Shown here one piece after another: positions 42,823-57,798 of a stretch of DNA of 64,000 nucleotides. The notes under the pieces were generated by a model, which had not been told where the DNA came from, did no database searches, and saw nothing but the letters and a program-made list of their open reading frames with translations. The stretch covers positions 302,312,001 through 302,376,000 of the forward strand of contig OZ024742.1 in assembly GCA_964016885.1 (NCBI GenBank), read 5' to 3'. This DNA is from Eledone cirrhosa. Its lineage: Eukaryota. Made by a program: the position numbers and the translations under genes. Numbering within the stretch: the stretch's first letter is position 1; every line of letters starts with the position of its first letter.

Positions 42823-44690
42823 TTACCTCTTCGTCTCTTGGGGACCAGGCTGCACAATTTCCATGGGGGTGTTGGAAGGGTTGTTTGGTGGGGTGGTGGT
42901 TTGTGGTGGTGTGAGGACATCAGTGTGTGGTGGGATTAGGGTGTTTGTTGGGGTGTGGGTGTCTGGTGTGGGGGTGGGGAAACATCTCAATAAGACGCTG
43001 TTATGTGGTTTGGTGCAGTTGGTCCCCACATGCATTGGATGGTTCTTTTTCAAAGTTACATAGGCTTCCGTTGGGACCCTAATCATCATTAGGGTTTGTT
43101 CGCTGCGTAGGTGAAAGTGATCCCTTCGGTTTCCACCGAAGGGTTATTTTCTATCGCTTTCCTCAACGTTTTATTGTTCTTGTTAATGTATGTATAGAGT
43201 TTTTGTTGTGTTGTGTTTGTTTTTGTTTGTTGTTCTTGTGCGTGTTTGCGTTTTGTAGTACGTGTTATGTTTTGGGGAGGGGTGGGTTTTTTTATTTGTG
43301 ATGTTTGTTCTGTTTGTGCTGGTGGTTGTGTGTTTGTGCTGGTGGTTGTGTGTTTGTGGCATTTTTGTTAATGTGGTGCCTTTTTTTTCCTTTTCACCTG
43401 TTGAAAGGGTTCTCCCTCGTCGTCACTGGGTGACGTTGATACGGAGTCCTCTTCCGTGTTGTTGGGGAGGGGTATATTTTGGGGTTTTGTTGTGGTTGCT
43501 TTTGTATTTGTTTTAGGTGGGGAGGGGTTGGGTGGAACAGTGTTTTGTGTTGTTATTTTTCCGTGTTGTGGTTGTTGTTGTTGTTGTTGTTGTTGTTGTG
43601 GTGGTGGTGGTGGTGGTTGTGTTGTTGTGTTCGGGGTTGGCAGAAGAGCCTTTTTTTTTGATTCGTTAATTGAGGACAGGCAGCCCTCAGGTGACCCCTG
43701 CTTAAGCAGTGGTAACATGACGGCCGCCTTCCCTCCACTGAAATGTTTATATAAGTTAGCCCGTCCAGAGGTACGCGTTGTGGGATATTCGCTATTCGTT
43801 CTGGGCTCATTTGCACCAGAACTTCTACGGTGGTCCCACCAAATACACCTCCGGAGGACTTTCCTATTGAAATTATCTTGTCTTCATCAAAGTTAATTAT
43901 TCCACATAGTATCCACCAAATGTTTACATTTGGTGTGATACTCATTATTTTTATTCTTTGTGTCCCTTTTCCCCTGTATGTGGGGAAAAAGGTGAAGCGG
44001 GGGGACACAATGGGTGCTACCGAGTACTTTTGAGCTGTTGACTGGTTGTTCATTAGCACCGAAATGCTACCAGACAGTTTACCTTTTTGTATGAAGGTTA
44101 AGTCCTTCATTGCATCTTTTAGAACCAGCTCAATTTCATTTTGTGATAATTGAGCTGGTTTTCTTGTTTCGTTCGATATTGTCCTGAAAACCACAGTTTT
44201 CAAGACAGCCTCTCTACGTAATTCCTGTGGAGAATTGATGCTAAAAGCACCGTTTTCGCCAAAAGTCACGAATTGTTTTGTGTCTTGTAATAGCTGTTTA
44301 GCATTTGTTATGTCTATTGGCGTGTATAGTTCGTTTTTTTTTTAGTCTGTGCAAATGTTATTTTGGTGTTGTTGTCTTTTTTGTTATTGTCACTGTTGGT
44401 AATATTGTTCATGTTTTCCTTGGTGTTGCTATTGTTGCAGTTGTTGGTTGTGGTGTTATTGTCATTGTTCTTGTTGTTGGTGCTGGTATTATTTACCGGG
44501 TTTGGTTTCGTGGTTTCGATATTTTTTACGTTTTTCGATGATACGAGGGGGGAAGGCTGCAAGCTTTGTACTCCTACCTTCCCTCCACCACTTTTCTTAG
44601 TGGGCGTGGCACTCACGACAGTGTGCGAGGTCTACAGTTTTGAGATGAAAATTGAAAATTTCGCCCCAGAAAGGGGCGAAAATTAGTTGA
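42823..44690 (-). pseudogene. LINE ORF1 (CCHC zinc knuckle), frameshifted
   Basis: Pieces 44314-44616, 43553-44269, 43368-43718 and 42823-43089 align in order to ORF1 at 30909-32708. Confidence 0.85.
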
Positions 44691-44814
44691 CTCAACGTCT
44701 GACGGCCCAGGCAAGGGGTTAAACTAAACAATGCTATTAAATTGAGCAATGAACTCACAGTTTTTTTTTACAATAATCCGTAAAAATCCGGAGCGAAGTA
44801 ATTCACGTCTATAT

Positions 44815-45540
44815 CAAGTGGTAATTGATATAGAGAGGGGGTTGGAAGAGAGTTCCGTGTAGTAAATATAGAGAGGGGGAGCTTGATATATAGAGAGCGA
44901 TTGGGAGAGTATGTTTATGGTTGATGTAGAGAGGGGGAGAGTTTGGTGGTAATGAATAGAGGAAGAGGATTGATAGAGATAGGCATTGATATATATATAG
45001 AGAGAGGGAGAGTTTGTTAGTGATAGATAGTGTGAGAGAGAGTGAGAGAGGGTGTAGTATGGTAGATATAAAGAGGGCATAGTTTGGTGGTAATTGATAT
45101 AGAGAGCGGGTTGGGAGAGAGTTCCGTGTTGTAGATATAGAGAGGGGGAAAGTTTGGTGTTAATTGATATAGAGAGAGGGAGAGATTGGTGTTAATTGAT
45201 ATAAAGAGGGGAATTGGAAGAGAGTACTGTGTAGTAGGTATAGAGGGGGACATTTGCTGGTTGTAGATATACAGAGAGGGATAATGGGAGTTGCCGCGCA
45301 GTAGATATAAAGGGGGAGAGTGTTTAGGGGTGATTGATATACAGAGGGGGATTGGGAGATATAAGTGTAAATATTTATAGAGCGTGAGAGATTGTATTAG
45401 TCTTAGATATGTAGAAAGTGGGGTAAGAGAGGCGGTATCATGGTAGATATAGAGATGGGTAGATTTTGGATTTATTAGACACAGAGAGGGGGATTAAAAG
45501 AGAGTTTTGTGTGATAAACATAGAGAGGAGGAGAGTTTTG
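44815..45540. repeat. Degenerate purine-rich minisatellite (GTAATTGATATAGAGAGGGG / GTAGATATAGAGAGGGG subunits)
   Basis: Alternating ~30-bp subunits visible. Confidence 0.75.
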
Positions 45541-46401
45541 TGGCACTCCGGGTCCCAATTCAGTAATTGTATAGAGTACGTTGGTAAATATGAGATTTCT
45601 TGTAATGTTCTTATGTCATATATAATGTTTTTTTTAAATTTAAAATAAAATTATTAGATTCTCCGGCTGCTGCATCAATATGTGACTTACAATAACATTT
45701 CGCCGGAGAAAGATTAGCAAAATTTAATAAGCGGGTGGCGTTTGGGGGTGGAATAAAAACCGGCGTGGGGTAGTGGTGGAAAAATCTGACAAATTAATAA
45801 GCGGCGTACTTAATAATGGTACTTAATAATGTTTCAGACTTTGAATTTTGTAACTAAATATTGAATATATTTATTAATTTATCTATGCTCCTGATTATCA
45901 TTGAAAATATTTTATATTGTTTAATTTTGATATAATATAATACTATAATTTGCTCAAATACAACCAAATACAATAGATTAAAATTTCACAGTATTTAATT
46001 GATAGCTTCTACCTGACTTAATATTTGAAAAAAAAAAACGGTCACGCATCATGTCCCTTTCTTCTTTCTTTCTTTTTTATCTCTTTTCCTTATGCAGTTA
46101 TATATCCTATCATCTCTATCTTTTCTCTTCTATTTAGCACTCTCTCTCTCTTTTGTCTTTTTCTCTAACACGGATATTTACATATTTAAATATTTAACAT
46201 TTATATACGTATGTGTTTATTTATTTATTTATTATATACTTTCTCCTACTCACCCACTCCTCGCTACTTATCCCTCTCCATCATATTTAGTTTGTCACAC
46301 TATTACTTGTGGTATATAAATATTGAGTTTTGTTGTAATAAATCACTGCCAAGACCGTAATTGAACCATCAAGACCGTTGAGGTATGTCATATATCAATT
46401 T

Positions 46402-46472
46402 ATGTATTTTATCTGATGAGGACGTACTGAAAAAACAGCACAGTACCTCCGAAATATATATAATAAAACATA
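46402..46472 (+). ncRNA. Type I hammerhead ribozyme motif, probable solo PLE pLTR
   Basis: TTTTAT-CTGATGA(46413)-GGAcGTACTG..CAGTACcTCC-GAAA-TATATAT-A-ATAAAA: canonical core with palindromic stem III. Confidence 0.85.
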
Positions 46473-46624
46473 TATTTTGATTACGTGAATGTCTCCCTTT
46501 ATTAATATTTTGAATAATATTAATAACTCCAGAAAACTTTCTGTTGAGTGCTTTTAATCTATTGTAAAACTATATTCATTGAATAATCAATGAACCTTGT
46601 TTAACATTTGGTCATATATATATA

Positions 46625-46690
<66 letters not shown>

Positions 46691-47395
46691 TGTTATTTTG
46701 CCCGATAAAATATCTGTGTCATTTAGCGGTGCGCACATATGAATATTTTTTCATATCCAATTGAGTTCTTAGCACGTGGCTTGAATTCTTGTCAGAGTTC
46801 AACGACCTGCGCATGTATTGTTTTTGGCGGTAGCCTCCTTCCTCCCATTTCGGGACAGTGTGAGCTTTTCTTTAGAACTGCTGGACTAACAACCTAGTAG
46901 CTCCCTCAAACACTGATGGTGATTATCGCTAAATATTGATGTTGATTTGGTTATCAATATTAATATTATTGGGTTACCCACTGAAGATTTATAGGAGCCC
47001 ACTTGAATAAGTATCTGTTGATTTTATACAAGCTTTTACATAACTTGGTATATTTTCACCCAACTTGTAGAAATCTTATAATGAAACGAGTCGTCTGGGA
47101 AATGATATATTTGATATATCTCATATGAAATAATACAGCCAATTATCCACACAATACAATATAGTTAGCACCCCAAACGTTTAATTGGGAATATACTCAG
47201 GTATTTCCTAATGTTTGTTGAGTGAGTTGGAATTTGGCCGGAGTATCGCTATTATCTTTCTCCGATTATGTATTTATAGGAGATGAATAAATTGGGTATA
47301 ATACCAGTTCCTTACCAAATGCGAAGAAGCTCGATATATTAACCCTTTTGGAAAGGGCACAGAGCAAAATTAAACAAAATTATATATATATATAT

Positions 47396-47622
47396 AGTGG
47401 CGTTGGAACTTGGGGTGGTGGTGGCATGTCCCCCTCCAACAATTATATTTTCTCCCCAAACTACCAAAACACACATCTATTTGGATATGCGCTACAAGTT
47501 AGGTAGATGGTATTTTTATCACATATCGAAGTTTTCCGACCATTTTAGAGTCAAAGAGCTAAACTAATCATTACAACTAAATTCTCCAAATTTGGCACTC
47601 CCAATTCAGAAATGCTTCCACC

Positions 47623-47628
<6 letters not shown>
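47396..47628. mobile_element. Possible small MITE with degenerate G-rich inverted ends
   Basis: Left end TAGTGGCGTTGGAACTTGGGG; right end (reverse complement) AGAGACGGTGGAAGC..TTGGGAGTGCC. Weak similarity only. Confidence 0.3.
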
Positions 47629-47709
<81 letters not shown>

Positions 47710-47761
47710 AAAATGTTTAACCCCGACGGCAGAGCTCAAGCCGTTTCGACAGCTATTTCTG

Positions 47762-47858
<97 letters not shown>

Positions 47859-48084
47859 AATACGTAGATATATAGACATAGATATATGGATATGTAGATA
47901 TATAAATATATAGATATATAGACATATATAAACATATATACTCCTAGATAGATAATTATATAAACAGGTCCTCACGCCACAAGTAGACTAACTGTTTATA
48001 GGTAGGTTGGCGGGGCGTGTAACTTTAGCTATTTGTCTCAACCCTAAACGTAGCATAGATTCAGTGATAGGAGACCAATGTGTA

Positions 48085-48250
48085 CGCAGTAAAGCAGAAT
48101 ATTTAAGAGGTTCGTTTCACAATCATTTGGTCCAGGGTTTTGATCTCACAGCATGGCATCTTGCACAAGTGCCATTTATCGTAGCCTCCGTATTGGCCCC
48201 TACCTTGTGAGTGAAATTGGGTAGATGGAAACTGTTTAAAAGTCTGTGAT
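48085..48250 (+). mobile_element. Degenerate tRNA-SINE (family 3) fragment
   Basis: CAATCAT..GGCATCTTG..AAGTG..CTTGTGAGTGAAATTGGGTAGATGGAAACTG, as in the copy at 60808. Confidence 0.6.
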
Positions 48251-48284
48251 AAGGCTAGCCCTTTCAACTACAGACACACTCCAT

Positions 48285-48447
48285 CCGATGGGCTTCTAAA
48301 CAGTTTCTGCCTACCCAGTTTTACTCACAGGCAGGGGTAGATCCGAGGCTATGGTAAAGGCACTTGCCCAGGATGTTTCGCAGAAGGATCGAACTCAGGC
48401 CCTAATGATTGCGAAACGATCTCCATAACCATTCGGACGATTTCTCC
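48285..48447 (-). mobile_element. Degenerate tRNA-SINE (family 3) fragment
   Basis: B box GAGTTCGATCC on the minus strand; body matches the copies at 61420 and 62265. Confidence 0.7.
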
Positions 48448-48449
48448 TG

Positions 48450-48629
48450 TGAAAGAAAAAAACAAGGGGAGAGGGGGGGGGGAAGAGAGAAGAGAGAGAG
48501 AGAGAGAGGAAATAGCGAGAGAAAAGAGAGAGAGAGAGAGAGGAAGAGAGAGAGAGAGGAAGAGAGAGAGAGAGAAAGATAAAGAGAGAGAGAAAGAGAC
48601 AAGAGAGAGAGGAAGAGATAGAGGAAGAG

Positions 48630-48663
<34 letters not shown>

Positions 48664-48700
48664 AGCGCGAGAGAGAGGGAAAGAGCGCGAGAGAGAATCG
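48450..48700. repeat. (AG)n-rich tract
   Basis: Direct reading. Confidence 0.9.
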
Positions 48701-48701
48701 A

Positions 48702-48790
48702 GCCTCAGTACTGGGCTTATTATCGACCTATCGATCTCAAAAGGATGAAAAGCACAGTTAATCTCGGCGGGATTTGAACCCAAAGCTTAG
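48702..48790 (-). mobile_element. tRNA-SINE family 1 fragment
   Basis: GGGTTCAAATCCCGCCGAGATTAACTGTGCTTTTCATCCTTTTGAGATCGATA on the minus strand. Confidence 0.7.
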
Positions 48791-48984
48791 TAAACAGTAA
48801 CAAATACAGAGACAGTTTTAACCCAATGGTATAACGACGCTGGCAATACATCACCTTCAACTCACATAGAACTGTCTTAGAAAAGGATACGTCACATAAT
48901 TTGTTCGGAAGTAAAGTGTAACTTTCCAAAATGACAGGATGGTGAATTCATGGAATGTCTTTAATTATACGTCTGCTTCATCAA

Positions 48985-49255
48985 GGCTAACACATGGCTA
49001 ACATAGGCCTATCGTATGGCTAACGTAGGCCTATCGTATGGCTAACATAGGCCTATCGTATGGCTAACATAGGCCTATCGTATGGCTAACGTAGGGCTAA
49101 TCGTACGACTATCGTAGAGCTAATCATGTGACTAACGCAGGACTAAGGTAGAGCTATCGCAGGGCAGCTGAGGGGCTATTGTAGGGCTAACGCAGGGTTA
49201 CCGTAGAGCTAATGTAGGGCTAATGTAGGGCTAACGTAAGACTAATGTAGGGCTC
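48985..49255. repeat. 11/22-bp minisatellite (GGCTAACATAGGCCTATCGTAT / AGGGCTAATGT)
   Basis: Direct reading. Confidence 0.85.
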
Positions 49256-49334
49256 ATCAAATTAAAATAGCGGCAACCAGCATTATTGCAATTATGAAAA
49301 GGTAATGGTACCGCAACGCATCTACTGCAATACC

Positions 49335-52300
49335 ACTACCACTACCACTACACAACTACTACACTACCACTACACAACTACTACACTACCACTACACAAC
49401 TACTACACTACCACTACACAACTACTATACTACCACTACACAACTACTACACTACCACTACACAACTACTACACTACCACTACACAACTACTACACTACC
49501 ACTACACAACTACTATACTACCACTACACAACTACTACACTACCACTACACAACTACTACACTACCACTACACAACTACTACACTACCACTACACAACTA
49601 CTACACTACCACTACACAACTACTACACTACCACTACACAACTACTATACTACCACTACACAACTACTACACTACCACTACACAACTACTATACTACCAC
49701 TACACAACTACTACACTACCACTACACAACTACTACACTACCATTACACAACTACTATACTACCACTACACAACTACTACACTACCACTACACAACTACT
49801 ACACTACCACTACACAACTACTATACTACCACTACACAACTACTACACTACCACTACACAACTACTACACTACCACTACACAACTACTACACTACCATTA
49901 CACAACTACTATACTACCACTTACACTACCACTACACAACTACTACACTACCACTACACAACTACTATACTACCACTACACAACTACTACACTACCACTA
50001 CACAACTACTACACTACCACTACACAACTACTATACTACCACTACACAACTACTACACTACCACTACACAACTACTACACTACCACTACACAACTACTAC
50101 ACTACCATTACACAACTACTATACTACCACTACACAACTACTACACTACCACTACACAACTACTACACTACCACTACACAACTACTACACTACCACTACA
50201 CAACTACTACACTACCACTACACAACTACTACACTACCATTACACAACTACTACACTACCACTACACAACTACTACACTACCACTACACAACTACTATAC
50301 TACCACTACACAACTACTACACTACCACTACACAACTACTACACTACCACTACACAACTACTACACTACCACTACACAACTACTACACTACCATTACACA
50401 ACTACTACACTACCACTACACAACTACTACACTACCACTACACAACTACTACACTACCATTACACAACTACTATACTACCACTACACAACTACTACACTA
50501 CCACTACACAACTACTACACTACCACTACACAACTACTACACTACCATTACACAACTACTATACTACCACTACACAACTACTACACTACCACTACACAAC
50601 TACTACACTACCACTACACAACTACTACACTACCATTACACAACTACTATACTACCACTACACAACTACTACACTACCACTACACAACTACTACACTACC
50701 ATTACACAACTACTATACTACCACTACACAACTACTACACTACCACTACACAACTACTATACTACCACTACACAACTACTACACTACCACTACACAACTA
50801 CTACACTACCACTACACAACTACTACACTACCATTACACAACTACTACACTACCACTACACAACTACTACACTACCACTACACAACTACTATACTACCAC
50901 TACACAACTACTACACTACCACTACACAACTACTATACTACCACTACACAACTACTACACTACCACTACACAACTACTATACTACCATTACACAACTACT
51001 ATACTACCACTACACAACTACTATACTACCACTACATTACTACTATACTACCACTACACAACTACTACACTACCATTACACAACTACTATACTACCACTA
51101 CACAACTACTACACTACCACTACACAACTACTATACTACCACTACACAACTACTACACTACCACTACACAACTACTACACTACCATTACACAACTACTAT
51201 ACTACCACTACACAACTACTACACTACCACTACACAACTACTACACTACCACTACACAACTACTATACTACCACTACACAACTACTACACTACCACTACA
51301 CAACTACTACACTACCACTACACAACTACTACACTACCATTACACAACTACTATACTACCACTACACAACTACTACACTACCACTACACAACTACTACAC
51401 TACCACTACACAACTACTATACTACCACTACACAACTACTACACTACCACTACACAACTACTACACTACCACTACACAACTACTATACTACCACTACACA
51501 ACTACTACACTACCACTACACAACTACTACACTACCACTACACAACTACTACACTACCATTACACAACTACTATACTACCACTACACAACTACTACACTA
51601 CCACTACACAACTACTACACTACCACTACACAACTACTACACTACCACTACACAACTACTACACTACCACTACACAACTACTACACTACATACCCATTAC
51701 ACAACTACTACACTACCACTACACAACTACTACACTACCACTACACAACTACTATACTACCACTACACAACTACTACACTACCACTACACAACTACTACA
51801 CTACCACTACACAACTACTACACTACCACTACACAACTACTACACTACCATTACACAACTACTACACTACCACTACACAACTACTACACTACCACTACAC
51901 AACTACTACACTACCATTACACAACTACTATACTACCACTACACAACTACTACACTACCACTACACAACTACTACACTACCACTACACAACTACTACACT
52001 ACCATTACACAACTACTATACTACCACTACACAACTACTACACTACCACTACACAACTACTACACTACCACTACACAACTACTACACTACCATTACACAA
52101 CTACTATACTACCACTACACAACTACTACACTACCACTACACAACTACTACACTACCATTACACAACTACTATACTACCACTACACAACTACTACACTAC
52201 CACTACACAACTACTATACTACCACTACACAACTACTACACTACCACTACACAACTACTACACTACCACTACACAACTACTACACTACCATTACACAACT

Positions 52301-55300
52301 ACTACACTACCACTACACAACTACTACACTACCACTACACAACTACTATACTACCACTACACAACTACTACACTACCACTACACAACTACTATACTACCA
52401 CTACACAACTACTACACTACCACTACACAACTACTATACTACCATTACACAACTACTATACTACCACTACACAACTACTATACTACCACTACATTACTAC
52501 TATACTACCACTACACAACTACTATACTACCACTACACAACTACTATACTACCACTACACAACTACTATACTACCACTACACAACTACTATACTACCACT
52601 ACATTACTACTATACTACCACTACACAACTACTATACTACCACTACACAACTACTACACTACCACTACACAACTACTACACCACCACTACACAACTACTA
52701 CACTACCACTACACAACTACTATACTACCATTACACAACTACTACACTACCATTACACAACTACTACACTACCACTACACAACTACTACACTACCACTAC
52801 ACAACTACTACACTACCACTACACAACTACTACACTACCACTACACAACTACTACACTACCACTACACAACTACTACACTACCACTACACAACTACTACA
52901 CTACCACTACACAACTACTATACTACCATTACACAACTACTACACTACCACTACATTACTACTACACTACCACTACACAACTACTACACTACCATTACAC
53001 AACTACTACACTACCACTACACAACTACTACACTACCACTACACAACTACTACACTACCATTACACAACTACTACACTACCACTACACAACTACTACACT
53101 ACCACTACATTACTACTATACTACCACTACACAACTACTATACTACCACTACACAACTACTACACTACCACTACACAACTACTACACTACCACTACATTA
53201 CTACTATACTACCACTACACAACTACTATACTACCACTACACAACTACTACACTACCATTACACAACTACTACACTACCACTACACAACTACTACACTAC
53301 CATTACACAACTACTACACTACCACTACACAACTACTACACTACCACTACACAACTACTACACTACCACTACACAACTACTATACTACCACTACACAACT
53401 ACTACACTACCACTACACAACTACTACACTACCACTACACAACTACTACACTACCACTACACAACTACTACACTACCATTACACAACTACTACACTACCA
53501 CTACACAACTACTACACTACCACTACACAACTACTATACTACCACTACACAACTACTACACTACCACTACACAACTACTACACTACCACTACACAACTAC
53601 TACACTACCACTACACAACTACTACACTACCACTACACAACTACTACACTACCACTACACAACTACTACACTACCATTACACAACTACTACACTACCACT
53701 ACACAACTACTACACTACCACTACACAACTACTATACTACCACTACACAACTACTACACTACCACTACACAACTACTATACTACCACTACACAACTACTA
53801 CACTACCACTACACAACTACTACACTACCACTACACAACTACTACACTACCACTACACAACTACTACACTACCACTACACAACTACTACACTACCACTAC
53901 ACAACTACTACACTACCATTACACAACTACTACACTACCACTACACAACTACTACACTACCACTACATTACTACTATACTACCACTACACAACTACTATA
54001 CTACCACTACACAACTACTACACTACCACTACACAACTACTACACTACCACTACATTACTACTATACTACCACTACACAACTACTATACTACCACTACAC
54101 AACTACTACACTACCATTACACAACTACTACACTACCACTACACAACTACTACACTACCATTACACAACTACTACACTACCACTACACAACTACTACACT
54201 ACCACTACACAACTACTACACTACCACTACACAACTACTATACTACCACTACACAACTACTACACTACCACTACACAACTACTACACTACCACTACACAA
54301 CTACTACACTACCACTACACAACTACTACACTACCACTACACAACTACTACACTACCACTACACAACTACTACACTACCACTACACAACTACTACACTAC
54401 CACTACACAACTACTACACTACCACTACACAACTACTACACTACCACTACACAACTACTACACTACCACTACACAACTACTACACTACCACTACACAACT
54501 ACTATACTACCACTACACAACTACTACACTACCACTACACAACTACTACACTACCACTACATTACTACTATACTACCACTACACAACTACTACACTACCA
54601 CTACACAACTACTATACTACCACTACACAACTACTACACTACCACTACACAACTACTACACTACCACTACACAACTACTACACTACCACTACACAACTAC
54701 TATACTACCACTACATTACTACTATACTACCACTACACAACTACTATACTACCACTACACAACTACTACACTACCATTACACAACTACTACACTACCACT
54801 ACACAACTACTACACTACCATTACACAACTACTACACTACCACTACACAACTACTACACTACCACTACACAACTACTACACTACCACTACACAACTACTA
54901 CACTACCACTACACAACTACTACACTACCACTACACAACTACTACACTACCACTACATTACTACTACACTACCACTACACAACTACTACACTACCACTAC
55001 ACAACTACTACACTACCACTACACAACTACTACACTACCACTACACAACTACTACACTACCACTACACAACTACTACACTACCACTACACAACTACTACA
55101 CTACCACTACACAACTACTACACTACCACTACACAACTACTACACTACCACTACACAACTACTACACTACCACTACATTACTACTACACTACCACTACAC
55201 AACTACTACACTACCACTACACAACTACTACACTACCACTACACAACTACTACACTACCACTACACAACTACTACACTACCACTACACAACTACTACACT

Positions 55301-55467
55301 ACCACTACACAACTACTACACTACCACTACACAACTACTACACTACCACTACACAACTACTACACTACCACTACACAACTACTACACTACCACTACATTA
55401 CTACTACACTACCACTACACAACTACTACACTACCACTACATTACTACTATACTACCATTACATTAC
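49335..55467. repeat. 22-bp minisatellite CACTACCACTACACAACTACTA, ~6.1 kb (~280 units)
   Basis: Direct reading; the 22-aa periodicity in translation equals three units. One register break near 51690. Confidence 0.98.
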
Positions 55468-55519
55468 TACTCCTATCAAATTATAAACCCAACTATCATC
55501 ACCGCCGCCACCACCAAAC

Positions 55520-56545
55520 ATCCCCAGCGTCAGCACCACCAGCACCACCAGCACCACCAGCACCACCACCACCAGCACCAGCACCAGCACCACCAGCACC
55601 ACCACCACCACCAGCACCACCAGCACCACCACCAGCACCACCAGCACCACCACCACCACCACCACCAGCACCACCAGCACCACCAGCACCACCAGCACCA
55701 CCACCACCACCACCACCAGCACCACCAGCACCACCAGCACCAGCACCAGCACCACCACCACCAGCACCACCAGCACCACCAGCACCACCAGCACCAGCAC
55801 CAGCACCACCACCACCAGCACCACCAGCACCACCAGCACCACCAGCACCAGCACCAGCACCAGCACCACCAGCACCACCAGCACCACCACCAGCACCAGC
55901 ACCACCACCACCAGCACCACCACCAGCACCACCAGCACCACCAGCACCACCAGCACCACCAGCACCAGCACCAGCACCACCACCACCAGCACCACCACCA
56001 GCACCACCACCACCAGCACCACCACCAGCACCACCACCAGCACCACCACCACCAGCACCACCACCAGCACCAGCACCAGCACCAATACCAGCACCAGCGT
56101 CAGCACCAGCGTCAGCACCACCAGTACCACCACCAGCACCACCAGCACCAGCACCAGCACCACCAGCACCACCAGTACCACCACCAGCACCACCAGCACC
56201 AGCACCACCAGCACCACCAGTACCACCACCACCACCAGCACCAGCACCAATACCACCACCACCAGCACCACCAGCACCAGCACCAGCACCAGCACCAGCA
56301 CCACCAGCACCACCAGCACCACCACCAGCACCAGCACCAATACCAGCACCACCAGCACCACCAGCACCACCAGCACCACCAGCACCATTACCAGCACCAC
56401 CAGCACCACCAGTACCAGCACCAGCACCAATACCAGCACCAGCGTCAGCACCAGCGTCAGCACCACCAGCACCACCAGCACCACCACTAGCACCAGCACC
56501 AATACCAACATCATCATCACCACCACCACCACCACCACCAATACT
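55520..56545. repeat. (ACC/AGC)n trinucleotide array
   Basis: Direct reading. Confidence 0.95.
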
Positions 56546-56769
56546 AACAACTACCGCAATAATACTGCCAACTTTGCTTCTCTCTATTTATATACAAACC
56601 TATCTGCCTCTTTCTCACCTTCTTTCTCTCTCTCTCCCTCTTTTTCTCCCCCCCCCTCTCTTTTGTTCTCTCTCTTTCTCTCTCATTCTCTCTGTCAATG
56701 TTCGTCACCCCACTATTACTATATCCGTCTTTATAGCTAGGGGGAAAAGAGAAATGAACTTGCTCTAAC

Positions 56770-57215
56770 GAAAGAGACGAGAGAGAGATGGTGTGTGAGA
56801 AAGAGAGAGAGAGGTAGTGGGAGAGAGTGTCTAAGAGAGGTAGCTGTAGAGGTAGAGAGATAGAGGTAGAGAGAACGAGAGGCAAAGAAATAGAGGTAGA
56901 GAGAGAGGTAGAGAGATAGAGATAGAGAGATAGAGGTAGAGAGATAGGTAGAGAGATAGAGGTAGAGAGACAGAGATAGAGGGATAGAGATAGAGAGATA
57001 GAGGTAGAGAGATAGGTAGAGAGATAGAGGTAGAGAGATAGAGATAGAGGGATAGAGATAGAGAGATAGAGGTAGAGAGATAGAAGTAGAGAGATAGAGG
57101 CAGAGATACTGAGGTAGAGAGATAGAGTGTGTGAGAGATAGAGAGATAGGGGTAGAGAGATAGAGAGTGTGTGAGAGACAGGTAGTATGTGTGTAAGGGA
57201 GAGATAGAAAGATAG
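56770..57215. repeat. GAGATAGAGGTAGA-type purine tract
   Basis: Direct reading. Confidence 0.9.
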
Positions 57216-57407
57216 AATAAAGCAGAAGACTGGGTGAAATGGAAGAAAGCCTGTGGCAGTGAATGTTTGAGGCTGATGAGTCAAAGGTGAGTGTTTCAAT
57301 TTGTTAGGAACCCTGCTATGTCTGAAACTGGTCTTTGTAAAGATGGTGACTAGGTTTTAAATGAACTCTGGATTGATGGAATAACAGCACCACCGTAACA
57401 GTAGCAA

Positions 57408-57444
<37 letters not shown>

Positions 57445-57549
57445 CTTAGCTGCAGGAGCAGCAGCAGCAGATACGATAGCTATGGCAGCAATGGTGGCGT
57501 TGTCTAAAAGAGAAGTAGCTACAAGAATAGTTATATATATGTATCTATA

Positions 57550-57717
57550 TCTCTCTTTCTCTTAATTTAAAGTACATTTTTGACCGGTCACCTTCCTGGT
57601 GGCAAGGTTGTAAAAGAAAAGAAATTGTCATCCCTTGAATCGTAGGAATGTTTTGCAAATTTTGAAGATGCCAAATATCGCGGCCATTTGTAGTTTATGA
57701 ATTAGGGAGCTGCGCTC
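57550..57717 (-). mobile_element. Short 3' end of an R4/Dong-like LINE
   Basis: Encodes QMAAIFGIFKICKTFLRFKG*; homologous to 59752-59915. Confidence 0.7.
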
Positions 57718-57798
57718 TATGTATGTATGTATGTATGTATGTATGTATGTATGTATGTATGTATGTATGTATGTATGTATGTATGTATGTATGTATGT

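Larger units (their letters stand above)
39105..44812 (-). mobile_element. Near full-length L1/Tx1-like LINE (~5.7 kb)
   Basis: 5' UTR, ORF1, ORF2 and 3' UTR ending GCCCTGGTGGCAAATAAA. Confidence 0.95.

Noticed and set aside
48985-49255. Telomeric repeat
   Set aside because: TAGGG occurs within an 11-bp unit, not as (TTAGGG)n.
49305-56768. 2487-aa ORF
   Set aside because: The 22-bp unit is not a multiple of three, so the translation merely cycles through frames.
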